In this document: positions 9,520-18,278 of the stretch, in pieces
How positions within the stretch are numbered: position 1 is the first letter of the stretch
How the letters are laid out: every line of letters starts with the position of its first letter
Assembly: GCA_964543035.1 (NCBI GenBank)
Contig: CAZIVL010000001.1
Location: forward strand, 122,000 to 185,999
Length of the DNA: 64,000 bases
From: an uncultured Gammaproteobacteria bacterium
GTDB taxonomy: Bacteria; Patescibacteriota; Microgenomatia; CAZETR01; Amesbacteraceae
Direction: 5' to 3'
Position numbers and translations under genes: made by a program
Notes under the pieces: generated by a model
Databases searched by the model: none
Told to the model about the DNA's origin: nothing
What the model saw: the letters and a program-made list of their open reading frames with translations, nothing else

Positions 9520-10317
9520 TCACTTCAACTTTCCAAACTGAACTATTTCTAGCAACTTATCATGCAAAATTCCATTAGAAACAATACAACCAACACCATT
9601 TTGGTCATATCTTCTTTCGTTCCCATTCAAATCAGTAACTTTCCCACCAGCCTCTTCTGTAATAATTTTTAAAGCTGCAACATCATGACCATCTTTTTTA
9701 TAAAACACTCCAGCTGCAAACTTTCCATTTGCTACTTGAATAGCCCCGTAAATAAAAGAAGGAAACTTCATCACTCTAGATTTTTCATTGCCTAACAGTT
9801 CATGAACCGGTAAGTTTGAAAAACCTACGTCTTTTCCCGATGCGCCCGTAAGTGTATATGTATTTAAGAATGTTTTACTATCTGAGACAAATATCTGTTT
9901 TCCGTTTCTGTATGCTCCTCCATTTTTGACTGCCCAATACATGGTCTTCATAACTGGATCATTAACTAGACCCAAAATTGGTAACCCTTTTGATTGGTCA
10001 ACCAAGGCGATGGAAAAAACAAACAGGGGTAAACCACAGGAAAAAGCCATTGTTCCATCTATTGGATCACATACCCATATATATCTTGAATTTTTTTTCT
10101 TATAACTTTTTTCTTCTCCATAGACACTATGTTCAGGGTAGGTCTCCTTTATTCTTTTTATGACTAAGTCATTTATCTCTGTATCAGCTTTCGTAAGCGG
10201 TGTATCATCTTCTTTCCAGGTGCTGTCGATCTCAAAACTGAAATATTTTAAAGCAATCTCCTCTGCCTCATTAGCTAAACCTTTTGCAAATTCTAAATAA
10301 TTTTCCATCATTGTCAT
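9520..10317 (-). CDS. Inositol monophosphatase/SuhB family phosphatase
   Basis: WVCDPIDGT and related IMPase motifs. Confidence 0.75.
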   Translation of the reverse strand: MTMMENYLEFAKGLANEAEEIALKYFSFEIDSTWKEDDTPLTKADTEINDLVIKRIKETYPEHSVYGEEKSYKKKNSRYIWVCDPIDGTMAFSCGLPLFVFSIALVDQSKGLPILGLVNDPVMKTMYWAVKNGGAYRNGKQIFVSDSKTFLNTYTLTGASGKDVGFSNLPVHELLGNEKSRVMKFPSFIYGAIQVANGKFAAGVFYKKDGHDVAALKIITEEAGGKVTDLNGNERRYDQNGVGCIVSNGILHDKLLEIVQFGKLK

Positions 10318-10321
10318 TTCT

Positions 10322-10395
10322 TGGCTGCGGGGCAGGGACTCGAACCCCGATTAATAGATCCAGATTCTATTGGCCTGCCATTAGCCGACCCCGCA
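10322..10395 (-). tRNA. tRNA-Gln (anticodon CUG)
   Basis: Manual fold of the reverse complement: U1-A72 acceptor pair with G73 discriminator (a Gln identity feature), anticodon stem ATAGA/TCTAT, loop AUCUGGA, T-loop TTCGAGT, and an encoded 3' CCA. Confidence 0.7.
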
Positions 10396-10420
10396 GTATG
10401 GGCTAATTTTACCACTTCAG

Positions 10421-10930
10421 CTATATCAGCTCGTATATCTGTCTACTCACATCAGCCACTACTTCCAATGGCAAGTGCACACCATCTGCCATCCATGGGA
10501 GCCCCAGCTTGATCTTCGTCTCAGTCTTGTCCTTCATCACCTTGACTCTAAAGAACAAAGATTTATTTATTTGCATGAGAAACTCCCGGTATTTATCACT
10601 ATCTATTAGTTGCACGTCTATCTCATGGACGTTTACTCCTTCTACTTTGATTAGTTGTTTGTCGCGGGAGAGAGTCCGCCAGTCAAAATTAAAAGTCTTA
10701 GATGAATTGTCTCCAATTTTGTCGAGCTCTGACACAGTAAGAGCCGTCACACTGTCGTTCAGAAATATCTGATTCTCAAATATTATCTGGTTTTTTGTAG
10801 GCAGTCTTTTTTCTTTCTCCAGTCCAAAGCCCAGTTTTTCAAATATTTTTACAAAAGTTTGAAATATTTCTTGGACGATTTGCACCCTCCCCGCATCTTT
10901 ATGCACGTCCAGTGTATTTACATCGTCCAT
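10421..10930 (-). CDS. Hypothetical protein
   Basis: ORF only; no motif recognised. Confidence 0.35.
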   Translation of the reverse strand: MDDVNTLDVHKDAGRVQIVQEIFQTFVKIFEKLGFGLEKEKRLPTKNQIIFENQIFLNDSVTALTVSELDKIGDNSSKTFNFDWRTLSRDKQLIKVEGVNVHEIDVQLIDSDKYREFLMQINKSLFFRVKVMKDKTETKIKLGLPWMADGVHLPLEVVADVSRQIYELI

Positions 10931-10966
10931 ATTTGATCAATTTTACTCCCAATGTATACTTTATGA

Positions 10967-11254
10967 ATGGGTTCTATAGTAGATGCTCTTTTTTACACAA
11001 TTAACCGGGTCGAGGATGCGGTTCAGGTTGGAGCAATTACGACCGAGATTGAGATAGATCTAGGTGTCGCAGACAGATTGATTCGAAGATCTCAATCAGA
11101 CAAAAATCCTCAAACAAGAAGAGTCGCGGGTCTGGCAGCAGTAGATCTGATTGACATAATCACGGAAAATGCACAAAAGAAGCATGAACTACAAAGAGGT
11201 CTTTCGCTATCAGTCTTGGCGACAGGTTTTATCGAGGCTCTAAAAAGAGAGTAG
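10967..11254 (+). CDS. Hypothetical small protein
   Basis: ORF only. Confidence 0.3.
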   Translation: MGSIVDALFYTINRVEDAVQVGAITTEIEIDLGVADRLIRRSQSDKNPQTRRVAGLAAVDLIDIITENAQKKHELQRGLSLSVLATGFIEALKRE

Positions 11255-11257
11255 CAG

Positions 11258-11800
11258 CTACTCCTCTGGTGGCTCGCCGCCGACCATTTCTCCCGGTTTC
11301 AGCCATTGGATATAGTCACACCCAGTCGCCTTCTTGGCCGCACTATCCCAGCCCGAAGTACTACACTTGATCATTCGTTTTCCCGCCGCAGTCGTGTACA
11401 GGACCAGTTTGTTTTGACACTTGGGGCAGCTCTCAGACAGTTCTTCAGTGGTTCCATTTATCCACTCCACATAGTCACACCCAGTCGCCTTCTTGGCCGC
11501 ACTGTCCCATCCCCCCGTGCTACATTTTTTCATTTTTTTACCAAACCTGGTGACGGCCAACATCAGAGGATTTCCGCACTTGGGACATTTTTCATCCAGT
11601 TCTTGAGGTTCGACAGCCAGCCACTTTACATAGTCACAGCCAGTTGGTTTATTTTTTGGATCCCAGGGACCAGCTGTACTACAGCGCTGCAACTTGCGAC
11701 CAGAGTTTGTTTCAGTAACAGGAGCCAGTGGCGCCCCACACTTCGGACACATTTCATCTGCCATAGAAATAAATGATAACATAATATTATGCTTTCGCAT
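11258..11800 (-). CDS. YrdD-like protein made of three topoisomerase-IA-type C4 zinc-ribbon repeats
   Basis: Three repeats of CPKC(G/Q)..L...-N20-C(S/D). Confidence 0.6.
   Translation of the reverse strand: MRKHNIMLSFISMADEMCPKCGAPLAPVTETNSGRKLQRCSTAGPWDPKNKPTGCDYVKWLAVEPQELDEKCPKCGNPLMLAVTRFGKKMKKCSTGGWDSAAKKATGCDYVEWINGTTEELSESCPKCQNKLVLYTTAAGKRMIKCSTSGWDSAAKKATGCDYIQWLKPGEMVGGEPPEE
11312..11788. repeat. Three tandem 159-bp coding repeats (units start about 11312, 11471, 11630)
   Basis: The first roughly 40 nt of units 1 and 2 are nearly identical (atagtcacacccagtcgccttcttggccgcact); they encode the three zinc-ribbon modules of the YrdD-like gene. Confidence 0.6.
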
Positions 11801-12730
11801 CTTGCCCTATATGCAGCAGCTTTTGTGGGGATCTGGATTGGATCTGGTTTGACCATCAAAGCAGTAGAGCATCTGTCTCGCAAGCTAAAGCTATCCTCAT
11901 TTGCCGTTTCTTTCTTACTGTTGGGCTTCTTCACCTCAGCCAGCGAGATCTCAGTGGGTATCAATTCTGTTTTGACAAATAACCCCGAGATCTATGTAGG
12001 TAATCTCATCGGTGCTTCTCTGGTTCTCTTTGTTCTCGTGGTGCCTCTTTTGGCCATCGTGACTGGCAAGGTGGTAATAAACAAGCAGTTCCAGGGCTCT
12101 ACACTTTTTTACTCTCTAATAGTCATTGCAGCCCCGGTCGTTCTAGCAGCCGACGGCCGAATAGGAAAAATCGATAGCATTATTTGTATCGTTTTATACG
12201 TGATCCTGGCCGTCGCCATCGAGTCCAAGAGGGGACTACTGGCAGCAGCCAGTCAAAAAAATCCGATATCGACCATCCACATGGGCAAGATTGCGCTTGC
12301 CATGCTCGGAGGTCTCGCTTTGGTATTTTTCAGCAGCAAGATAGTTGTGAGCCAGACTCTGTATCTATCCGAGACCTTGGGTATATCCTCATTTCTTTTG
12401 AGTCTTTTACTTATCTCTATTGGTACAAATGTCCCCGAGCTTTCATTTGTCTTCAGATCCCTGTTTTCCAAGTCCAATCAAGTCGCCTTTGGTGACTATG
12501 TAGGCTCAGCCGCCTTCAATACTTTTTTGATAGGCATCCTTACTCTGTATTATGGCCAGACCGTGCAGCTGACAAACAGTTACCTTGTCAGTTTGTCTTT
12601 TTTGGTTGTCTCTCTCGTAGTCTTCTATATCTACGCCAGGACCAAAGGCTCACTTTCTAGGTTGGAAGGTTTTTGTCTCTTAGTCTTCTATCTTCTGTTT
12701 CTGGGCACCGAGATTCTTATTCATTCGTAG
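11789..12730 (+). CDS. CaCA-family (YrbG-like) sodium/calcium exchanger membrane protein
   Basis: Two alpha-repeat regions including GTNVPELS; about 10 TM helices. Confidence 0.65.
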   Translation: MLSHLALYAAAFVGIWIGSGLTIKAVEHLSRKLKLSSFAVSFLLLGFFTSASEISVGINSVLTNNPEIYVGNLIGASLVLFVLVVPLLAIVTGKVVINKQFQGSTLFYSLIVIAAPVVLAADGRIGKIDSIICIVLYVILAVAIESKRGLLAAASQKNPISTIHMGKIALAMLGGLALVFFSSKIVVSQTLYLSETLGISSFLLSLLLISIGTNVPELSFVFRSLFSKSNQVAFGDYVGSAAFNTFLIGILTLYYGQTVQLTNSYLVSLSFLVVSLVVFYIYARTKGSLSRLEGFCLLVFYLLFLGTEILIHS

Positions 12731-13801
12731 TCCAGAGCTTTTTCGATTTAGGTACCAGGCAGTCAATACGGCAGTCAGTGGCACTGCGGCAATGAGCCCC
12801 ACACTTCCTACTATCGTACGTATTATCTCTTCCATAATTATTTCGCTATTCAATATCGACCACAACGGATATCCGTTTGGATTCAAGACCAAAGTCAAAA
12901 ATATTGGCAACGAGGCTCCGGCGTATGCCAGAACTAGAGTATTTACCAGTGATGCGATATGTTCCCGGCCAATATTCATACCCATTTCAAATAATCTTGC
13001 AAACTTCAGTCTGGTATTAGCACTTGATATCTCAAACAATGAAGCCGAAAGACTTGTCGTCACGTCATCAAGTACGCCCAAGGTTCCGATCATCATACCT
13101 CCCAAAAGCAATCCTTTAAAATTGATAATCGATGCCGCACCAAATCGGAGCATATATGCCTCTTCACTTCCAAGACCTGTCAGTTGGGTAAAGTGTGTAA
13201 ACAAAACAGACAATAGGCCAGTACCCACTAGAGTCAAAAAAGTGGCCACCAACGCGATGGTCGTTTTTCGGGACAGTCCATGGGCCAGATAGATCGTCGT
13301 TATCATAATAAAAAAACATCCGGCTATGCTTATAATCAGTGGATCTCGCCCTGCCAATATTTGAGGAACTACAAATTTTACTATTACAATCAGGCTCAAT
13401 ATCATTCCCATGATTGATCCCACTCCTTTCCATCCAGCCAGTATCATGATTGCTCCAAAAAACCCAGCGATCACCCATCCGACTTTGTCCAATCTATATT
13501 TGTCTATAATTTGATATATTGGCGCATCATCCAGCCCTGAAGTTTTTACCACAACTACAATTTCACCCTCCGAGGCCATTTGACCAGCACTCAAGGTGTA
13601 CCCCTTTCCATGTTCAATCGAAAGACCTCTACCTTTCATATCACCCTCAAGAAACGTGACATCTATTATTTGATACCCATCTGCCTCATTTACTTTCTCC
13701 ACTCGTGCTCTATAAAAACTTTCTTGCGAACTTACCAGACTAGAAGCGTTCAAAAAAAACAAAAAAAAGACAAAAATACTTTTCGATAAAAACTTAATCA
13801 C
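12680..13801 (-). CDS. YibE/F-family membrane protein
   Basis: Signal/anchor, an extracytoplasmic domain, then a polytopic YibE/F-like core. Confidence 0.6.
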   Translation of the reverse strand: MIKFLSKSIFVFFLFFLNASSLVSSQESFYRARVEKVNEADGYQIIDVTFLEGDMKGRGLSIEHGKGYTLSAGQMASEGEIVVVVKTSGLDDAPIYQIIDKYRLDKVGWVIAGFFGAIMILAGWKGVGSIMGMILSLIVIVKFVVPQILAGRDPLIISIAGCFFIMITTIYLAHGLSRKTTIALVATFLTLVGTGLLSVLFTHFTQLTGLGSEEAYMLRFGAASIINFKGLLLGGMMIGTLGVLDDVTTSLSASLFEISSANTRLKFARLFEMGMNIGREHIASLVNTLVLAYAGASLPIFLTLVLNPNGYPLWSILNSEIIMEEIIRTIVGSVGLIAAVPLTAVLTAWYLNRKSSGLRMNKNLGAQKQKIED

Positions 13802-14598
13802 TTTACCCTGGTTGTCAAATAGGTGACAAAAAATATCGCCATTGTGTTCAATACGATCACTCCTCCCGGGGCCAGATTCAGATAAAATGACATAAATACT
13901 CCGCCAACCACCGAAACCACAGAGATAATCTGTGCAATTATGACTGTCGGGATAAATGTCTTTCTAAATTGCAAAGCAGATATGGCAGGTACAATAAGTA
14001 GTGCCGAAATCAGCATAATACCTACTATCGGAATTGACAGCGATATTGTGACTGCAGACAGTGCAATAAAAACTGTGTTTATAATTTTTGTTTTCAATCC
14101 AGCCACAAACGCCGAATCCTCGTCAAACGAAACATACAGGAGAGACTTATAAATTACGGCCATAATTACCATTACACAAAGTCCAAGTATGACGACAGTC
14201 CACACATCACCCGCAGTGACAGTCGCAATGCTTCCAAACAAGTAGGAAAAAAGGCTGGTGTTAAATCCGTTTGATAGGCTGATGAGGACAACTGCCAGAG
14301 CCAGGCTGCCAGACAAAAACAATGCCAGTGCAGACTCCCCATATACTTTTTTGGAATTTCTCAATTTTTCGATCACCACAGATGACCCCACAGTGGCAAG
14401 AGTTGCCGTGATCAGAGGATTTATCTTAAGCAGGAGCCCCAAGGCAATCCCAGCCAATGACACGTGTGCGAGTGTATCAGCAATCAGCGAGTACCTTCGC
14501 AAGACCAAAAAGATTCCGATGATTGGGGCAATGACGGCTATACAGACTCCAGCGATCAAGCCTCGGACTATAAAATCATATTGTAGTAGCTCGAGCAT
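13798..14598 (-). CDS. znuB: Metal ABC transporter permease (ABC-3 family)
   Basis: Typical ZnuB/MntB TM pattern; its start overlaps znuC. Confidence 0.8.
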   Translation of the reverse strand: MLELLQYDFIVRGLIAGVCIAVIAPIIGIFLVLRRYSLIADTLAHVSLAGIALGLLLKINPLITATLATVGSSVVIEKLRNSKKVYGESALALFLSGSLALAVVLISLSNGFNTSLFSYLFGSIATVTAGDVWTVVILGLCVMVIMAVIYKSLLYVSFDEDSAFVAGLKTKIINTVFIALSAVTISLSIPIVGIMLISALLIVPAISALQFRKTFIPTVIIAQIISVVSVVGGVFMSFYLNLAPGGVIVLNTMAIFFVTYLTTRVK

Positions 14599-14603
14599 GA
14601 GTA

Positions 14604-15269
14604 TTAGTGATGATGATGAATAACTTTACTGTCATTTAGAAATTCTTTGGGGGAACCGTGATATGTCATTGTCTGATTAATGCAGGCCAGTTCAGTGACT
14701 TCCTCAGTTATCACCTCAATATCGTGAGAGATGAGGATTAAGGTAATTCCCAAATCGTGGTTCAACTTAGAGAGCAAGTTGTAAAACTGTTCCTGCGATT
14801 CGAGATCCACCCCGCTCGTCGGTTCATCCAAAAATATGACTTCAGCTTCTTGGGCTAGGGCTCTGGCAATAAATACTCTTTGTTGCTGTCCCCCAGACAG
14901 ATCACCAATCAACCTGTCCGAAAGATCCAGAAGACCCACCTCATCCAGCGCTTTATTGGCTCTTTCTTCGTTATTCCCCATTGCCACCACCTCCCGAGCA
15001 GTCACCGGAAACAGTGAGTCAATATTTGTCGCCTTCTGAGCCACATATCCTACTGATTTAGTGTTCACCCGGATCTCCCCCGATTGAGATGGAATAAGTC
15101 CCAAAATAAGTTTGACCAAGGTTGTTTTTCCACCACCATTTGGTCCTACCAACCCAAGGTAATCTCCTCTATGGATATTCAGGTTAATGTCTTTCAAGAC
15201 CAATCGGTCGCCATATCCAAAGGACAGATTGTTTACCTCAACTATGTTCTCGTCGTGATTTACTTGCAT
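14604..15269 (-). CDS. znuC: Metal ABC transporter ATPase with C-terminal His tail
   Basis: Walker A GPNGGGKTT, signature LSGGQQQR, Walker B IFLDEP; C-terminal HHHH. Confidence 0.85.
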   Translation of the reverse strand: MQVNHDENIVEVNNLSFGYGDRLVLKDINLNIHRGDYLGLVGPNGGGKTTLVKLILGLIPSQSGEIRVNTKSVGYVAQKATNIDSLFPVTAREVVAMGNNEERANKALDEVGLLDLSDRLIGDLSGGQQQRVFIARALAQEAEVIFLDEPTSGVDLESQEQFYNLLSKLNHDLGITLILISHDIEVITEEVTELACINQTMTYHGSPKEFLNDSKVIHHHH

Positions 15270-16132
15270 GATAAAGCGAGTTCTAAGTTACTTAGATTAT
15301 CTCTCATTACTTCAAAATAATCCCGGCCCAGATAACCCTCTATCGGATCCAACACCAAAATCTTTGCTCCTACTTCATCTGCAAGAGTCTGTGCGAGTTT
15401 GGGACTGACTAGAGTTTCAAAAAAAATATAATTCACTTCATTTTCTTTTACAAAATTAGTGAGTTCTGCCAGTCCTTTTAGCGAGGGTTCCGCCTCAGGA
15501 GACAGGCCAGTGATTGGTACCTGTTTTAGACCATAGGCAGAAGCCAAATAGCCAAAAGCAGCGTGCGAGGTTACTATTTCCCGCCTGACACATTCAGCCA
15601 AACCCGACTCAAAGTCCCGGTCTAGCTCACTAAGTCTCGCAGATATATTGTCCATACGACTCACATAGTAGTCTTTATTGTCAGGATCAAGAGCTATTAG
15701 TTCGGCTCCTATTAGTCTGACCATTTCTTGGGCGAGTCCTGGGTCCAGCCAGATATGCGGATCCTTCATACTTTCTCCATCTTCGTCAATTTCAATCAAT
15801 TGTCCCAAGTCTCTATTCAGCTCCAAAACCTTTGTTTGGACATCACCAGCCCAAGGTTCCACCCCCCCGATTATGACCAGCAGTTTACTGCTTTGGATAT
15901 TGGCAATGTCTCTTGCGGTGGGTTCGTAATCATGTGGTTCTACGCCGGAAGGTGTGATATTTATCACCTTCATTTTGTCACCCGCAATTTGTGAGACAAA
16001 AAAATAAACCGGATAAAAAGACGTCGTCACCATTTCTGACTTGTTTGTCTTGTTTGACTTATAAGACATAAGTCCAGTTATTAGGATTACTGCGATTCCC
16101 AGTATCGTCAGAATTACAAACAGTTTTCGCAT
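15260..16132 (-). CDS. znuA: Metal ABC transporter substrate-binding protein (TroA/ZnuA family)
   Basis: HDYEPT and DPHIWLDP motifs; signal anchor. Confidence 0.8.
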   Translation of the reverse strand: MRKLFVILTILGIAVILITGLMSYKSNKTNKSEMVTTSFYPVYFFVSQIAGDKMKVINITPSGVEPHDYEPTARDIANIQSSKLLVIIGGVEPWAGDVQTKVLELNRDLGQLIEIDEDGESMKDPHIWLDPGLAQEMVRLIGAELIALDPDNKDYYVSRMDNISARLSELDRDFESGLAECVRREIVTSHAAFGYLASAYGLKQVPITGLSPEAEPSLKGLAELTNFVKENEVNYIFFETLVSPKLAQTLADEVGAKILVLDPIEGYLGRDYFEVMRDNLSNLELALSCK

Positions 16133-16473
16133 AAGCCAAAAAACTCCACACTGTGCCTTATTAGACTAAACCCTTTCACTTTTGGAAACAAATAACGCTC
16201 ATCCACTTTTACATCTTTTACCAAATTACATTTAGTGCAGATCGCGTGGTGATGATGATCTGATTTTGCCAGCTCATATCTTTTCTTACCATCCCCAAAA
16301 TCTACTTCCACGACACTTCCATCGGCAATCATCTTCGGCAGCTCTCTATATATAGTAGTCTTGTTTACGTGGATCTTCTCCACTAGGTCGGGTACAGCCA
16401 TTAGTCCTGATTCCAAAAGTTTTTGTATCTCGTTGCGGGTCTTTGAAATTCTCATGTGTCTATTATAATGCAA
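16114..16473 (-). CDS. zur: Fur-family regulator, probably Zur (start uncertain: TTG at 16473 or ATG at 16455)
   Basis: HHHHAICTKC and a C-terminal CENC motif; first gene of the znuACB operon. Confidence 0.7.
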   Translation of the reverse strand: MHYNRHMRISKTRNEIQKLLESGLMAVPDLVEKIHVNKTTIYRELPKMIADGSVVEVDFGDGKKRYELAKSDHHHHAICTKCNLVKDVKVDERYLFPKVKGFSLIRHSVEFFGLCENCL

Positions 16474-16484
16474 CTAAGTTGCAT
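16468..16484. promoter_or_regulatory. Perfect 7-3-7 palindrome ATGCAACTAAGTTGCAT at the zur start
   Basis: Read directly from the sequence; lies in the divergent zur/ORF16518 intergenic region. Confidence 0.4.
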
Positions 16485-16500
16485 GAGTCAATAGGTCTTG

Positions 16501-16518
16501 TGATTAATCAATTAATCA
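16501..16518. promoter_or_regulatory. Perfect 18-bp AT-rich palindrome TGATTAATCAATTAATCA (Fur/Zur-box-like)
   Basis: Read directly; about 30 bp upstream of the zur start, adjacent to the first palindrome. Confidence 0.45.
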
Positions 16519-16985
16519 TGTACATTAGTTCAGCCATGCAAGACGACTTAACAAAAGACCCCGAAGTGATCGAAGGCGAGGTAGTCGATGAAACTCCCAA
16601 CGTGGCAGTTTCCCAGACCCTAGATCTCACCAGTCTCATAAATGAGCATGTGGGCAGGATAGAAAAGCTCAAGATCGAGATGGGTAAATACAAAGAGATG
16701 TTGGATGACATTTTTCAAAATGATCCCACATATCAACAGCACGACAAGTTAGTCAAAGAAGCCCAAAAGGTGCGCAATGGGACGAAGAAACAGCTGATGA
16801 AGATGCCCCAGGCAGCAGATCTGGTGAGTAGGATCCAAGAATTCAAAAATATGATTAAGGAATCCAACGAGTCTCTGTCTGGATATTTGCAGGAGTATCA
16901 GAGATCCACCGGTTTGTTTCAGATCGAGACCTCAGACGGTTCAGTTCGAGAGATCATCTACACCGCCCGCCTCATAAAAGCGTAG
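16518..16985 (+). CDS. Hypothetical coiled-coil protein (start set at first non-overlapping ATG)
   Basis: The track ORF begins at 16443 inside zur; ATGs at 16518 and 16536 are more plausible starts. Confidence 0.4.
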   Translation: MYISSAMQDDLTKDPEVIEGEVVDETPNVAVSQTLDLTSLINEHVGRIEKLKIEMGKYKEMLDDIFQNDPTYQQHDKLVKEAQKVRNGTKKQLMKMPQAADLVSRIQEFKNMIKESNESLSGYLQEYQRSTGLFQIETSDGSVREIIYTARLIKA

Positions 16986-17049
16986 TAGATACACCACGTT
17001 TGTATATTGCTTTCGGTCAATTCGCATTGTACATTTAGATATCAATCAC

Positions 17050-17709
17050 ATGCAGCTTGCCAGACCCCTTTTTCTTGTAGTATTTGGCGGTACTCTTGCC
17101 CTCACTATTCTCCAGCTTACCCTGACGTCCGTGACCCAAGCGGCCATTCCTGCCGGTTGTGTGCCGGCGACAGCAGATGGCGTCTATGATTCTAGTCAGA
17201 CCGTGGCTTTCTGGAATAACAGGGAACTCAATGTCTCGCCCACGATTCTTGCAAACCTACCAGAGGATCAAGCAGTTCTAGGTGAAAACTCCGGGGACAA
17301 ATGGATTGAGATCGATTTGTCAGAACAAAAATTGACCGCCCACCAAGGCGACTCAATATTTCTGACTACCCTTATTTCCAGTGGTCTGACGAACAAGACT
17401 CCCGTAGGTGACTACCAGATCTGGTACAAGATTGCTTCGACCAAGATGGAAGGGGGCAACAAGCTCAATAGTAGTTACTACTATTTGCCAAATGTTCCCT
17501 TCACCATGTTCTTCAAGGGCGATTACGGTATTCACGGCACCTACTGGCACAACAATTTTGGCAATCCCATGTCCCATGGTTGTGTAAATACTCCGACCGA
17601 TATGGCCAGACGTCTTTTCTACTGGGCAGATCCAAAATTACCAGAGGGTAAGATGTTAGTTCGCGCTACTCCCGACAACCCCGGCACCCGCGTGGTTATC
17701 CACGAGTAA
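17050..17709 (+). CDS. L,D-transpeptidase (YkuD domain)
   Basis: Signal peptide; catalytic HG...SHGC(V)N motif. Confidence 0.8.
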   Translation: MQLARPLFLVVFGGTLALTILQLTLTSVTQAAIPAGCVPATADGVYDSSQTVAFWNNRELNVSPTILANLPEDQAVLGENSGDKWIEIDLSEQKLTAHQGDSIFLTTLISSGLTNKTPVGDYQIWYKIASTKMEGGNKLNSSYYYLPNVPFTMFFKGDYGIHGTYWHNNFGNPMSHGCVNTPTDMARRLFYWADPKLPEGKMLVRATPDNPGTRVVIHE

Positions 17710-17726
17710 TCCTGTAGTATAATCTG

Positions 17727-18167
17727 TTGATGACGGATAAAAGGGTAAAATATGCATATGTGCACGAGGGTTGCGTCTATAACCAGTTAGATCGAACAGA
17801 CCTGGAAACACACGCTCTGGCAAAAGCTCAATCCGCAGCTCAATTTTTAGACCGAATAAGACAAACAGATGGAATACGAATTGCAACAATTGACGAATCA
17901 AACAAATCCTGTTTTGACCCTGTCGAAATAGCCGAAGCTGACGTACTCATCGATAACGTTTCGGGTGCTGACTTAGAACAATGCGGGGCTGCGTGGGCAT
18001 TTGGCAGAAACGCCTCAATCGTATTAGCTTGTGGAGGTTTTGAAGAAGTATGTACAGAAGGAGCCAGGGATGTATTTAGAAGAGTTGGTGTGGATAGCGA
18101 TATAGAGCTTAGAGGTACGGTAAGATTATTCGATAAAGAAAATAAAAAATTATACCCTCCTCGATGA
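17727..18167 (+). CDS. Hypothetical protein (weak nucleoside 2-deoxyribosyltransferase-like pattern)
   Basis: EADVLIDNVSGADLEQCGAAWAFG loosely resembles the NDT-family core; low confidence. Confidence 0.3.
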   Translation: MMTDKRVKYAYVHEGCVYNQLDRTDLETHALAKAQSAAQFLDRIRQTDGIRIATIDESNKSCFDPVEIAEADVLIDNVSGADLEQCGAAWAFGRNASIVLACGGFEEVCTEGARDVFRRVGVDSDIELRGTVRLFDKENKKLYPPR

Positions 18168-18278
18168 TTAAACAACTGACACTCTTTGATACATTGACAG
18201 TTATCACTCGATGTTATAGACTGCCAATCGTAGATGATCATTTTATTAGTCGATCATCGGAGATATAGTTATTGAGTT

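Noticed and set aside
11306-11776. 156-aa plus-strand ORF with repeated HIVTPSRLLGRT peptides
   Set aside because: It is the antisense reading of the three 159-bp zinc-ribbon repeats; its repetitiveness mirrors the coding repeats on the minus strand.
11312-11788. Possible CRISPR-like array, given regularly spaced repeats
   Set aside because: The units are 159 bp and protein-coding with no spacer/repeat alternation, and no cas genes are nearby. This is an intragenic tandem duplication, not a CRISPR array.
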